Shown here piece by piece: positions 51,990 through 64,000 of a stretch of DNA of 64,000 bases. The first letter of the stretch is position 1. The number at the start of each line of letters is the position of its first letter. Made by a program: the position numbers and the translations under genes. The notes beneath the pieces are model-generated. The model was not told the DNA's origin. It did no database searches and saw nothing but the letters and a program-made list of their open reading frames with translations. Source of the stretch: Eledone cirrhosa (lineage: Eukaryota); NCBI GenBank assembly GCA_964016885.1, contig OZ024740.1, positions 312,790,001-312,854,000 of the forward strand, read 5' to 3'.

Positions 51990-53230
51990 TGGTCTTCGTA
52001 GATTGCTTTCATTGACTCATTAGGTCAACAGAATCAGCCTTTGCTGAAGATGGGTTGTTCCAAAAAACTGTGGCGCATGATAGAGTCCTTCTACATCAAG
52101 ATTCAATGGTAGCTGCTCTAGTCCTTGAACATCCACAATGGCGTGAAACAAGGCTGTGTTCTCATTTCTAATCTTCTTCACTGTGTTGCTGAAATATACC
52201 TTTAGCAATGCAACAGGGGAGTTCTATCCTTGTACTAAATCAAATTGTAGGTTTTTTCAGTCTACCTCTTCTCAAGGTCAAGACAAAAGTATATATAATA
52301 CTTAACAGAGATATGTTGTTTGCTGATGATGCAGCATTTGTCACCCATACTTAAAAGGAATTCTTGTCATTTATAGACCGTTATCACTTACACTTGCAAG
52401 CTTCCTGTGACAAAGTACAGAAGCACTACCAATCATCACTATCAATAGCTATACACTATGTTATCGATGAGTTTACATACCTCAGTTCTATCATCACTGA
52501 CAACTTCTCCTTAGACATGGCGATTGCCAGGAGGATTGAGAAAACAACTTTAACTCTTAGTCATTTCATGTCACTAGTGTGGACAAGCTGATAGTTAAGA
52601 CAGTTAAGATGGCAGCCTACAATATGTTATAAGTTCACTACTGTACAGGAGTGAGACATTGCTTACATATGTCAGGCAAGAGGGAAGACTGAACACCTTT
52701 TATTTGAGAAGAATCCATCATATCTTGTACAGATCCTGGCAAGATAGTATGACCAACAGGGTGGTCTTGTCCAATGATAGATCTCCTAGCATGTACACTC
52801 TGTTCAGGTAGCAAAGACTATGCTGTTTGGGCCACATCCATCACATGAAGGATAAATGTATAGCAAGGATAATCTCTATGGAGAGTTAGCATCCAGGAAG
52901 AAATCCATTGGCTGTTCCAAGCTACACTATAAAGTCATCTTATGAAGGAATTCAGTATATATACAACAGAGTCCTTGGAGAACCTTGTAGATAACTGAGA
53001 TGGAGGGTATGCTGAATGGTACCTGAAGACAGGAGAACATTTTTTATATTGCTGGATACTACAGCAGGCAAGCAGGTATGCAGAAAGGAGCACAGATGTG
53101 ACCTCTACAACAGAGACTGTCACCTCGACATAGATCTTTTTAGTCACAACTAGTGCTGCTCCAATCAAATAAAAACCTAGAACAACAAGGATGCAACCCA
53201 CGGTCAGTTATGACCAAAGGGGCCATTAAA
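51990..53230 (+). mobile_element. decayed RTE-BovB-like LINE (RT domain to C-terminus)
   Basis: Frame-disrupted GVKQGCVL, DMLFADDAA, FTYLSSII, LLYRSET, LGHIH, LYGELASR. Confidence 0.75.
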
Positions 53231-54144
53231 AGTTGACTATGAATGTAATTATAGAGACCTACCAAAAGTCAGCGAAAAGATCAAGCAAAGATGACTCCAC
53301 ATATCTGGTCATTGTGTGTGACACCTTGAACTGGAAACATCCTAGTTAGTCCTTTGGAATCTATGTCATGGAGTTGTAAGTGTATCAGTATTTTCTTCTC
53401 CCTACATCGACGACCTGATCAAAGACACTGGCCTGGACTGTGTCCAGGACCTCAAAGTAGTGATGTTGAAACAAGACATGTAATGGAGGGACCTTGTTGA
53501 TGTGGCCCGGGTTAAAACCGGCTAAGATAGGAAATAGATGAATCTAATGTAATGCTAGAAACAATGTAGACAATACCACTGCCAAAAGACATTCTAAATT
53601 TCACCCCCCGACACCAAACAAAAGTGAACCACATTACTTATTGCAGTTAATCCTCAATACACTGCAGCTTTTGGTTCACAATCATGTCTGTTGTTTCATC
53701 TGTCTTTTCTACCAGTACTACTATGACCTCTGCTCTTGAAACCGAGTGGTATTGTGCCATTTCAACTCAGGTACTTCCGACTCACATATCTCTCTTTTGT
53801 TACTCATATTATGTCCACTCTCCTAACAAGGCCATTCCCTAACCTAGACTAATATCTACATCACATCAAAATTGAATTAGTATGAATGGAGCCTGGTAGC
53901 TATTGTTGATTTATCTGTATTTAAACTGAAGTGTATGTGAAGTATTAATGTGGCGTGGTAAATAAATATATACATATACACCAGGTCTGAACACAATGGA
54001 ACCAAACTCCCACTGTCACTGCTTCTGTCCCTCCTGCTCTCCCCATCTCTCACTATTATGAGCAAATGGAGGCCCACGTGCTGGCCACCCCGACAGACAG
54101 AATAGAGAAGGTGTTAGTATGTCAGGTAAAATATCTCTACATAC

Positions 54145-54218
54145 CTCTAATATCCTTTGTTCAGCAATGGGTCCCTGTCCTTGTCCTAGAGAAATAGCCT
54201 GGAGCTTTTTACTCATCC
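54145..54218 (-). CDS. DNAH3: DNAH3-like exon (ISLGQGQGP)
   Basis: tgtag|GG ATG..GAG|gtatg; (G)MSKKLQAISLGQGQGPIAEQRILE. Confidence 0.94.
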
Positions 54219-54304
54219 CTACACATAGAAAAAAAAACATTTGATATAAAATTCTGCAACAAAATTTAACCTAAGGTTATGAATATCTCAAACTGCTGTA
54301 TATC

Positions 54305-54852
54305 TATGGTGGTGGTGGTGGTGGTGGTGGTGAGGATGACAATGGTGGTGGTGGTGGTGGTTGTAGTGAGGATGACAATGGTGGTGGTGGTGGTGGTGAT
54401 TGTAGTGAGGATGACAATGGTGGTGAACAGCACTGACTGACAACATTAACAGAGAGAGGAGGGGTGGGGGCAGATTAAAAATAAAAGAAAAGATGAGAGA
54501 GTGTGAGAGAAATTGGGAAAGAAAGAAAAGTTGGGAGAGAAAGAGAGAGAGAGGGGGTAGAGAGGAGTAGAGAGAGAGAGAGAGGGGGGGGTAGAGAGAG
54601 AGAGAAGGGGTAGAGAGAGAGGAGGGGTAGAGAGAAGTTGGGAAAGATGGGAAAGAGAGAGAAGTTGGGAAAGAGAGGGAGAGGGGGGTAGAGAGGAGTA
54701 GAGAGAGAGAGGGGGTAGAGAGAGAGAGAGAGAGGGGGTAGAGAGAGAGGGGGTAGAGAGAAGTTGGGAAAGATGGGAAAGAGAGGGAGAGGGGGGTAGA
54801 GAGAAGTTGGGAAAGATGAGAAAGAGAGAGAAGTTGGGAAAGAGAGGGAGAG
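54305..54852. repeat. (GGT)n followed by GA-rich minisatellite filling a dynein intron
   Basis: Seen directly. Confidence 0.9.
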
Positions 54853-54858
54853 ACCTAC

Positions 54859-55036
54859 CTTTGTCTTCAGCAAATCTGAAAAGAGCTGCCATGGGGTCAA
54901 CTCCAGGAGACAGGACAAATATAAGAGGAGTTAAGGGGCTGGATTCTTCATAGCTGACTGACAGGTCAAAAGTGGTGGGTTCAATATAAGACTGACCCAT
55001 TCTCTTCTGAATAAATTGTTGTATTGCTGGGATCAT
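54859..55036 (-). CDS. DNAH3: DNAH3-like exon (PLIFVLSPGxDP)
   Basis: accag|ATG..AAA G|gtagg; MIPAIQQFIQKRMGQSYIEPTTFDL...PLIFVLSPGVDPMAALFRFAEDK. Confidence 0.94.
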
Positions 55037-55084
55037 CTGGTCAATAGAAATATAGAGGTGGGTCACTTCTGGAGTAGATGGAAT

Positions 55085-56310
55085 AGTGGTATAATGGTGG
55101 TGGTGGTGATGGTGGTGGTGGTAGTAGGAGTGGTATAATGGTGGTGGTGGTGATGGTGGTGGTGGTAGTAGGAGTGGTATAATGGTGGTGGTGACAGTGG
55201 GCAGTAATAGGAGTGGTGGTGGGTGGTAGTAGGAGTGGTATAGTGGTGGTGGTGGTGGTGAAAGTGGGCAGTAAGTAATAGGAGTGGTGGTGGGTGGTAG
55301 TAGGAGTGGTATAATGGTGGTGGTGGTGGTGACAGTGGGCAGTAATAGGAGTGGTGGTGGGTGGTAGTAGGAGTGGTATAGTTGAGGTGGTGGTGGTAGT
55401 AGGAGTGGTATAATGGTGGTGGTGGTGATGGTGGTGGTGGTAGTAGGAGTGGTGGTGGGTGGTAGTAGGAGTGGTATAGTTGAGGTGGTGGTGGTGGTGA
55501 CAGTGGGCAGTAATAGGAGTGGTGGTGGGTGGTAGTAGGAGTGGTATAGTTGAGGTGGTGGTGGTAGTAGGAGTGGTATAGTGGTGGTGGTGGCTGGTAG
55601 TTCCTAGTTGTGGTGGTGGTGATGGTGGTGGGTGGTAGTAGGAGTGGTATAGTGGTGGTGGTGGTGGTGGCTGGTAGTTCCTAGTTGTGGTGGTGGTGAT
55701 GGTGGTGGGTGGTAGTAGGAGTGGTATAATGGTGGTGGTGGTGGTGGTGGTGGTGGTGGTGGTGGTGGTGATGGTGGTGGTGATGGTGGTGGTGATGGTG
55801 GTCGTAGGAGTGGTGGTGGTGGCTGGTAGTAGGAGTGGTGGTGGTGGCTGGTAGTAGGAGTGGTGGTGGTGGCTGGTAGTAGGAGTGGTATGGGTGGTAG
55901 CAGGAGTGGTGGTGGGTGGTAGTAGGAGTGGTGGTGGGTGGTAGTAGGAGTGGTGGTGGGTGGTAGTAGGAGTGGTGGTGGGTGGTAGTAGGAGTGGTGA
56001 TGATGTTAGGAGTAAATGGTAGTAGGAGTGATGGTGGTAATAGGAGTGGTGGTAGTAGGAGTGGTGGTTGTAGGAGTGTTGGCAGTAGTAGGAGTGACAG
56101 TGATGGTAGTAGGAATGGTGGTGGTGGTAGGAGTAGTGGTAGTAGGGGTGGTGGTGGTAGGTGGGGGTGGTGGTGGTAGTAAGAGTGGTGGTGGTAGTAG
56201 GGGTGGTGGTGGTAGGTGGGGGTGGTGGTGGTAGTAAGAATGGTAGTGGTAGTAGAGGTGGTGGTGGTGGTAGTAGGAGTGGTGGTAATAGAAGTGACAG
56301 TGGTGGTAGT
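55085..56310. repeat. (GGT)n/GGTAGTAGGAGT compound satellite
   Basis: Seen directly. Confidence 0.95.
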
Positions 56311-56977
56311 GTGGGTATAAAGTTGCCCGTGTGTTTCTATATGAAGGTACCAAAGGTAAAATATATAGTAACATAAGCAATATATGTGTTGGACATAAGG
56401 ATTTCTGATTCAGGCACAAGGCCAACAATTTTTGGGGGAGGGGAAAGTTGATTAAATTGACCCCAGTGCATTACTGGTATTTTATTTAACAACCCTGTAT
56501 GGATGAAAGGCAAAGCTAACCTTGGTGGGATTTGAACTCAGAAATCCTGCTTTGCCACTCTTATTATTACCACTGTCCCTACAGGGGTCGATAAATAAAG
56601 TACCAGTAATGCACTGAGGTTGATTTAATTGACTTTCCCCTCCCACCAAAATTGTTGGCCTTGTGCCTAAATCAAAAATCATTATGTGGTAGACATCAAA
56701 CTGGAGTTATGAAGGAGTATGTATGTGTGTACATAAATATATGTATATGTGTATGCACGTGTGTGTGTGTGTGTGTGTAAAAGAAAATTTATTACATATA
56801 AATTACATGTCATATTTCAGGGGTCACAAATTTGTAAAGCTAAATTAGATAATATATATTTAATTTGTGACCCCTGAAATATGATATGTAATTTATATGT
56901 AATACATTTTCTTCTCCCCACCACACACATACACATATACATATGTTTATGCACACACACAAATACATATATTTATG

Positions 56978-57008
<31 letters not shown>

Positions 57009-57036
57009 GCATACATGCAAACACACACACACACAC

Positions 57037-57071
<35 letters not shown>

Positions 57072-57072
<1 letters not shown>

Positions 57073-57825
57073 GCAGACTAGAGAGGAACGAAGCTTGCAT
57101 GCTCCGCTGGATGTGTAACAGTAATATACGTGAACGGCAAAGCATAAACGAACTAAGGAAAAAATTAGAGATAAGAGGGATCAGATGTTGTTTACTCGAG
57201 AGAAGGCTACGTTGGTATGGACACGTGATGCGCATGAAAGTCGACAGCTGTATAACAAAGTGCAGGGCAATAAAGATAGACGGTAGTCACGGAATAGGCA
57301 GACCTAGAAAAACCTGGGACGAGCTGATAAACTCCGACATCACACACTTACACCTCTCCAAGACAATGTCACTGGACCGAGACCTTTGGCGGTACTCAGT
57401 AACAGAGAAGACCCGCCTTACCTAAATATATAGTAAAACCTACTCCAGCCAGTAGGCATCTCTAACAAAATACACCCCGTCCCACCACCCCCACCCCCAC
57501 CCCATCCACACCACCCCGTTCTATGTAAAGTTATGTTGGTGCCGCGCCATCGAGGCCGAAACAAATGAGATCGTGTAGGTGTCACGACAAAAAAACACAC
57601 AGTCCACGCTGTAATGTGGCCGTGTAGGCAACACGGTAAAAACCTCCCAGACCCACACTGTAAATGTGGTTGGTGTTAGGAAGGGCATCCAACTGTAGAA
57701 AACCTGCCAGACAGTCCTATGCGAGCAAGACAATCACTCTTGCCTCAAGTGGGACTACCCCCGTCCAAACCCATGCAAGCGTGGAACACGGACGTTAAAC
57801 GTTGATGATGATGATGATGATGATA
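57072..57825 (+). mobile_element. RTE-clade LINE 3' fragment
   Basis: RRLERNEACMLRWMC..RRLRWYGHVMRM..GRPRKTWDE; 3' UTR; (GAT)n tail. Confidence 0.85.
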
Positions 57826-58586
57826 TACACAGTATTAATAAAAGAAGAAAAATGTGGGAGGAGATTATAAAAGAAGAAAAAGGAGAGTGAAGGCCCATGC
57901 ACTCAATCACATGCCCCAATGTGGGGCACTGGAGTGTTCCTCTAATAAGTTTTGATGAGTGAAAGTGTGGCTAATGCGTTGGAATAACCAAGTACCTCAT
58001 GGACATCACCTGATGTAATTTACATCTGATTTAGGAAGGAGGAGGAGAAACCAGAGGTAAGAGTGTACTAGAGAGCAAGTCAGAGCTAATCTTTTGATGG
58101 AGGGGAATTAGAGGCAATGATAAAACAGATAAAGGGGTTTCCAGAGTTAATTTTGAAATGGGAGGCCAATGAAATAAAGATAGTATTGATTTTATGATAT
58201 TATGGAGGTAATAAATATAATATTTGTTTCTACTTTAGGCACAAGGCCAGCAATTACTCAGTACATTACTGGTACTTTATTTTATCGACCCCGTAAGGAT
58301 TAAAGGCAAAGTTAACCTTGGCGGGATTTGAACTCAGACTGTAAAGGGACATAACTATGCTAGAAAGCATGGCGTCCAACCCTCTACCAATACTGCCAAT
58401 TCACATATATTGGGATAGAGAGAAAGACAGAGATAATGATGAAACAAAGGTAAAAGAAAAGAGCAATGATAAAACAATGAAAATCCAACTTGAGGGTCAT
58501 TTAGCATGAAATGTTTGTTTTAAGATATAACCCATGCTAGCATGGAAATATGGATGTTAAATGGTAATGATGATGATGATACCAAC

Positions 58587-58712
58587 CTTATCAGGACGAA
58601 GACAACGTAGAACTAAGAGACTTTGAAGCTGTGTTAGTTCCTCTCCATAGGGGGCAGGATATTTCATTTGGTGTGGTTGTGGGGAGTCATAAACTACCTT
58701 CCAGTCAGCTAG
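58587..58712 (-). CDS. DNAH3: DNAH3-like exon (LRCLRPDK)
   Basis: ttcag|CTA..AAG|gttgg; LADWKVVYDSPQPHQMKYPAPYGEELTQLQSLLVLRCLRPDK. Confidence 0.93.
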
Positions 58713-58994
58713 CTGAAACAGGAGTATAGAAATAAATCTGTGTTTGTCAGAGTATATTAGCACCAGGGCTGGACTTTCACCTGCTGAGGCCCTAAGTTAT
58801 ATGAAATTTGAGGCCTCTAAATGAATTCAGAAAAAAAAATTTAAAATAATTATACATGATTATTATTTTTCATATTAATGTTAATGATAAAGAATAAATA
58901 ATATATATATATAATTGTTTCTACTTTTGGCACAAGGCCAGCAATTATCCCAGTGTATTACTGGTACTTTATTTTATCAACCCCGTAATATATC

Positions 58995-59792
58995 ATCATC
59001 ATCATCATCATCACCGTTTTACGTCCGTTCTTCCACGCTAGCATGGGTTAGACGGGTTGTCCTGTTGTGGGCAGTGTCTGGTCGGCTGACCATGCCTTGC
59101 TCATACAGGAACTGATTTGGCTTGATTTTTACAGCTGGATGCCCTTCCTAACACCAACCTCATTTACAGTGAGTGCTGGGTGCTTTTTCGTGGCGCCTAC
59201 ACGTCCACTTTACAGTGTGGGCTGGGTGCTTTTTTGCCGTGGCACCTCCACGACCACCTTGCAGTGGGGTGTGTGGGGGCATATTGTCTATATGCTTCAG
59301 CTTGTACCCATGGGAGGTCGGGTACTCTGTATTACTGCGTGACGCCAGAGGTCACGGTCGTGTGTCATTGTCTTTGAGAGGTGTAGTTGGGTAAGGTCGG
59401 CTTTTATCACCTCATCCCAGGTCATCTTGGGTCTCCCCACTCTGCGGTTTCCATCAACTTCTAGTGCTCTGCACTTTTTTATGCAGCTGTCATCCTTCAT
59501 ACGCATCACATGTCCATACCAGCGCAACCGCCTCTCCTGCACACAGCATTTGATTCCTCTTATGCTCAGTCTCTCTCTCAATTCATTTATGCTTTGTTGT
59601 TCGCGTATATTACTGTTACACATGCATCGGAGCATGCAGGCTTCGTTTCTCTCTAATCTACGTAAGTCTTCCACCTTCAGCGCCCAGGTCTCACTACCAG
59701 GCAACATCGCTGTTCGGATACACGCATCATACAGTCTGCCTTTCATTTTGAGGGAGAAGCCTTTTGCAGCTAGCAGTGGTAGTAGTTCCCTA
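58995..59792 (-). mobile_element. RTE-clade LINE 3' fragment
   Basis: ORF 59297-59746 (GSETW..RRLERNE..RRLRWYGHVMRM..GRPKMTW), 3' UTR and (GAT)n tail. Confidence 0.85.
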
Positions 59793-61909
59793 AACTATAT
59801 ATATATATATATAATTGTTTCTACTTTAGGCACAAGGCCAGCAATTACCCAGTGCATTACTGGTACTAGATATATATATATAATGAAAATTGAATATATG
59901 TATCGACCCCGTAAGGATGAAAGGCAAAGTCAACCTCGGCGGGATTTGAACTCAGATCGTAAAGGGATGATCTGATATATATATAATTGTTTCTACTTTA
60001 GGCACAAGGCCAGCAATTACCCAGTGTATTACTGGTACTTTATTTTATCGACCTGATATATATATAATTGTTTCTACTTTAGGCACAAGGCCAGCAATTA
60101 CCCAGTGCATTACTGGTACTTTATTTTATATAAATTTATATATATTTATATATATGACCTGATATATATATAATGAAAGTTAGATATATGTGTATATATA
60201 TATATATATATAAATATATATATATAATGAAAATATAGGTATATACTGGTACTTTATTTTATCGACCCCGTAAGGATGAAAGGCAAAGTGAACCTCGGCG
60301 GGATTTGAACTCAGATCATAAAGGGACGTAACTATGCTGGAAAGCATGGCGTCCGACCCTCTACCGATACTGCCAATCCACCTCTATTCAGATATATATA
60401 TATAATTGTTTCTACTTTAGGCACAAGGCCAGCAATTACCCAGTGCATTACTGGTACTAGATATATATATAATGAAAATTGAATATATGTATATATGGTT
60501 GATGGAAGCCTTGGAGTGTGGAGACCCAGGAAGACTTGGGATGAGGTAATAAAAGCCGACCTTGCCCAATCGCACCTCTCAAAGGTGATGACACATGACT
60601 GAGATCTCTAGCAATACACAGTAATACAGAAGACCCAACTTCCCACGAGCACAAGCCACAGCATATATACAGTATGCTCCAACCTACGAACCGATACACC
60701 CCTATGAGGACAGGCCAAAGTAAATGCATCCAGTGAAGCCTCCAGCCCACACTGTAAAGTGGTCATGTAGGAGTCATGACAAAAAGCACCCAGTACTCAC
60801 TGTGAATGAGGTTGGCATTAGGAAGGGCATCAAGCTGTCGAAACCAAGCCAGAATGAGTCCTGTATGAGCAAGACATGGTCACCTGACCTAGCACTGCCC
60901 ACAACAAGACAAGACAACCCATCTAAATCATGCTAGCGTGGAAAATGGACGTAAACATCCAGTCTACACTCTAAAGTGGTCATGTAGGTGTCACAACAAA
61001 AAGCACCCAGCTCACACTGTGAATGTGGTTGACGCTAGGAAGGGCATCCAGCCATAGAAAACCAGCCAGAAACAGTCCTATATGAGCGAGACGCGGTCAC
61101 CCGCCCCAACTTATCTCTAAATGGGACAAAACCGTTTAACCCATGTTAGTGTGGAAGATGGATGTTAAATGATAATGACGATGATTTTATATATTTTTAT
61201 ATATATATATATATATCATCATCATCATCATCATACGTCCACTTTTCCCTGCTTGCAAGGGTGGGACGGGAACTGATTCTGGCTTGATTTCTACAGCTGG
61301 ATGCTCTTCCTAACACCAACCTCATTTACAGATAATGCTGGGTGCTTTTTTTTTTTTCCGTGGCGCCTACACGTCCACTTTACAGTGTGGGCTGGGTGCT
61401 TTTTTGCCATGGCACCTCCACGACCACTTTGCAGTGGAATGATAGGGATCCCAGTCCTATCACCTCATTTCTACAGCTGAGTAAACTGGAGCAATGTGAA
61501 ATAAAGTGTCTTGCTCAAGGAAACAACACATCACCCGGTCTGAGAATTGAACTCACAACCTTTCGATTGCAAGCCCAATGCTCTAACCACTAAGCCATGT
61601 GCCTCCATATATATATTATATATATATATAATGACAATTTTATATATGTATAAATTAAATATGTGTAGAAGGTTTTAAGTTACTTAGTTGGTAATCTAAT
61701 AAGATTCTTACCTTTAAAAATTAACGTTGTAAAGTATCAAGTAGCCTCAATTCAAAAATATAGTAGATTGCAGTGCTGACAGGTAATGTAACCCATTAAC
61801 TGTAGCCTAATCTTGTAACACTACATTGATCATGGGTTGACTTCATTAGGGCTGAGGTGGGGCTAAGTACAGCACAACAGATGTTAGTGTGAATAAATAA
61901 TATACTTAC

Positions 61910-62081
61910 ATGGTTTGCAAAATGTTCTCTGAATGTGTGCAAACTTGATAGCTGAGAACATCGTACAATTTCTGACCAGTTCTTTTCAGGTAACCAATCT
62001 GAAGCTGGGTTACTATAAGGATTCTCAAGAGCGAGGCCTCCAGTCAGTAGAAACCTCCATTCTAAGTCATCTATAAGGCCC
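61910..62081 (-). CDS. DNAH3: DNAH3-like exon (WRFLLTGG); gene continues upstream beyond the window
   Basis: tacag|G GGC..CAT|gtaag; GLIDDLEWRFLLTGGLALENPYSNPASDWLPEKNWSEIVRCSQL...FANH. Confidence 0.92.
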
Positions 62082-62148
62082 CTGTAGAAGCATGAAAACA
62101 GATAAATTGGAATACAACCAGTGGTTTACAAGAACATAAGCAGGAAAT

Positions 62149-62203
<55 letters not shown>

Positions 62204-62819
62204 CAAGAAAAAAGATATAGAAGAAAAATCAACCAGTAATGGATTGGTACTTTCTTTTATTGACCTTGAAAGGATAAAAGGTCAAGTTGACTTCACCAGA
62301 TTTGAACTGAGAGAGCACAAATAATCAGAATGAATACCTAAAAACATTTTATCTGACATTCTAATGACTGCCAATTTGCCAAACCAAATCAATATAACTA
62401 AAGAAATATTCACTCTGATTTACAATGTAGCAACGTTAATACTCCCTCCACACCCCAAATATACTTACTGAGCTTTTGTTAGTCCAATACAAAGTTGATC
62501 TCAGTAGGATTTGAACTCAGAGAGCAGAGAACCAAAATGAACACTACAAGGCATTCTAATCCAACGTTCTAATTCTTAGCAATGTTAATACTCCTATCAC
62601 TCCTCAAATATACTTACTGTGCTTTTGTTAGTCCAATACAAAGTAGAAATGTGAAGAGCAGCTTATCTTTTTCAAACAGGGATCGACACACATTGTTATG
62701 GACACTGTGAGTGAAATAATCGTTGAGGTAGTTTATCCTTTCAGTCAGGATCTGGGAGGGTTCACTGTTGGCAATTGCCTGCATAATAACATTGGGAAAA
62801 AATAGAGATTATGTTAGTT

Positions 62820-63300
62820 CATTTATTTATTTATTTATCTATTTATTTATTAAAGGTTCAATATTCTATTGTTGATATAACTATAAATTAGTTAAACATA
62901 GAGTAAAAGAAAGCAGTATTGGAAAGGACTATAAATGCTATAAATGAGAGAAAAAAGAGGGTAAGAGCAAGGACTACTAGACATAGGAAGAAAGAAAGGG
63001 TGACAGACTCTACACCTAGGTCAGAGTTTTGGCTGTGCCCCGTGGACAAAATAGCAAAGGCATTTCTGCGGATAATGCCAGCAATACCTGCTGCAACAGC
63101 CACCCTACCTTGCAGGGCTCCTTCCTAAGATGAGCTGCTATCAATCCGATTTTATAGAGGAGGTCAGTGGTATAGGCTTCGAGGATGCCTGAGATCTCAA
63201 TTGCAACTGATGCAAAGAGGAAGCGGCAGGACAAGCCCCAGTATTTGCTTGTCTTCCTGTCTTCTGCATTGTGGGCCACGGTATCAGGGTTTTGTGGCAG
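62820..63300 (-). mobile_element. CRE/R2-group (restriction-like endonuclease) LINE 3' remnant; relatives at 9897-10140 and 38950-39110
   Basis: KY..L...F....EISG.. and WL.Q.../IRRNAFAILSTG; WLVQRISLTILQGNAFSILSTG at 9990-10100; A-rich tails. Confidence 0.6.
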
Positions 63301-63689
63301 AAGTGACTAAATTGGAGGCATAGAATGTGTCACAGCACGACTTATTTGTTTGTTCGTTTACTTATTTATTTATTTATTACTTTTTTGTTGAGTCACTGTT
63401 CAACTGTAAAGATTAAGTTTAACCTGCTTGTGAATTACTGAAACATGATCAACATCAATAACATACAATACCAATAATATACGAGGGGTTCCTCTGAAGT
63501 GTAGTATGTATTAAATAATCAAAATACTTAGCTAGTAAACTTGGCTACTCTCTAGTTTCAAACATTGTTGCTGTCTTAGTTTTTATCTTTTCCTTTTCCC
63601 TTTTTTGGTGTGTGTATAAGGGAAGGGCTTAAAGTTATATTTTCTTGAATGTTTCTCATTAAGAAATTAATGAATGCTTCAGCATTCAG

Positions 63690-64000
63690 AATAAAGAAGG
63701 TAGGCATAAAATCTAAACTCGCTATCTTCAATTCAGTATTCGTGCCAACCCTTACCTATGGTCATGAATCTTGGGTACTGACCAAAAGAATACAATTGCG
63801 AATACAAGCGACTGAAATGGGGTTCCTCTGAAGGGTCTTTGGAGTAACGTAGCTCGGAGTAGCGTAGCTCAGAGATCAGAGAGTCACTCCAGGTAGAGCC
63901 ACTACTTCTCTGAATTGAGAGATCACAGCTCCGATACTATGGGCATGTGGTTAGAATGTCTCAGGAAAGCATTGCTGGACAGATTTTACAGGCAGGAGAC
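63690..64000 (+). mobile_element. RTE-type LINE fragment
   Basis: KLAIFNSVFVPTLTYGHESW..IQATEMGFL* ..QLRYYGHVVRM. Confidence 0.7.

Overview
This is AT-rich, repeat-dense animal genomic DNA. The SINE, RTE, MITE and microsatellite repertoire looks octopus/coleoid-like (inference). Two intron-rich genes converge tail to tail. On the + strand are the last 8 coding exons (237..12559, ~352 aa) of a MOV10L1/Armitage-like SF1 RNA helicase of the piRNA pathway. On the - strand are the last 16 coding exons (62081..27743, ~733 aa) of an inner-arm axonemal dynein heavy chain most like DNAH3. All exons were assembled by hand with GT-AG boundaries and a continuous frame; both 5' ends lie outside the window. 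Introns and the intergenic gap hold a Chapaev3-type DNA transposon, non-autonomous Helitrons, piggyBac- and mariner-type MITEs, many tRNA-derived SINEs, RTE/CR1/CRE LINE remnants, a degenerate Penelope-type hammerhead, large G-rich satellites and several fold-back hairpins. The Chapaev element has CAC..GTG termini, a TTA TSD and a dead transposase. One Helitron appears to carry the ~4.3-kb TA/TATG array. I found no clearly new biological system. The best leads are candidate A-to-I restorative recoding sites in the dynein with nearby intronic hairpins, the G-tract satellite inside the MOV10L1 pre-mRNA, and the Chapaev and Helitron elements. Almost all long ORFs in the supplied track are repeat artefacts.
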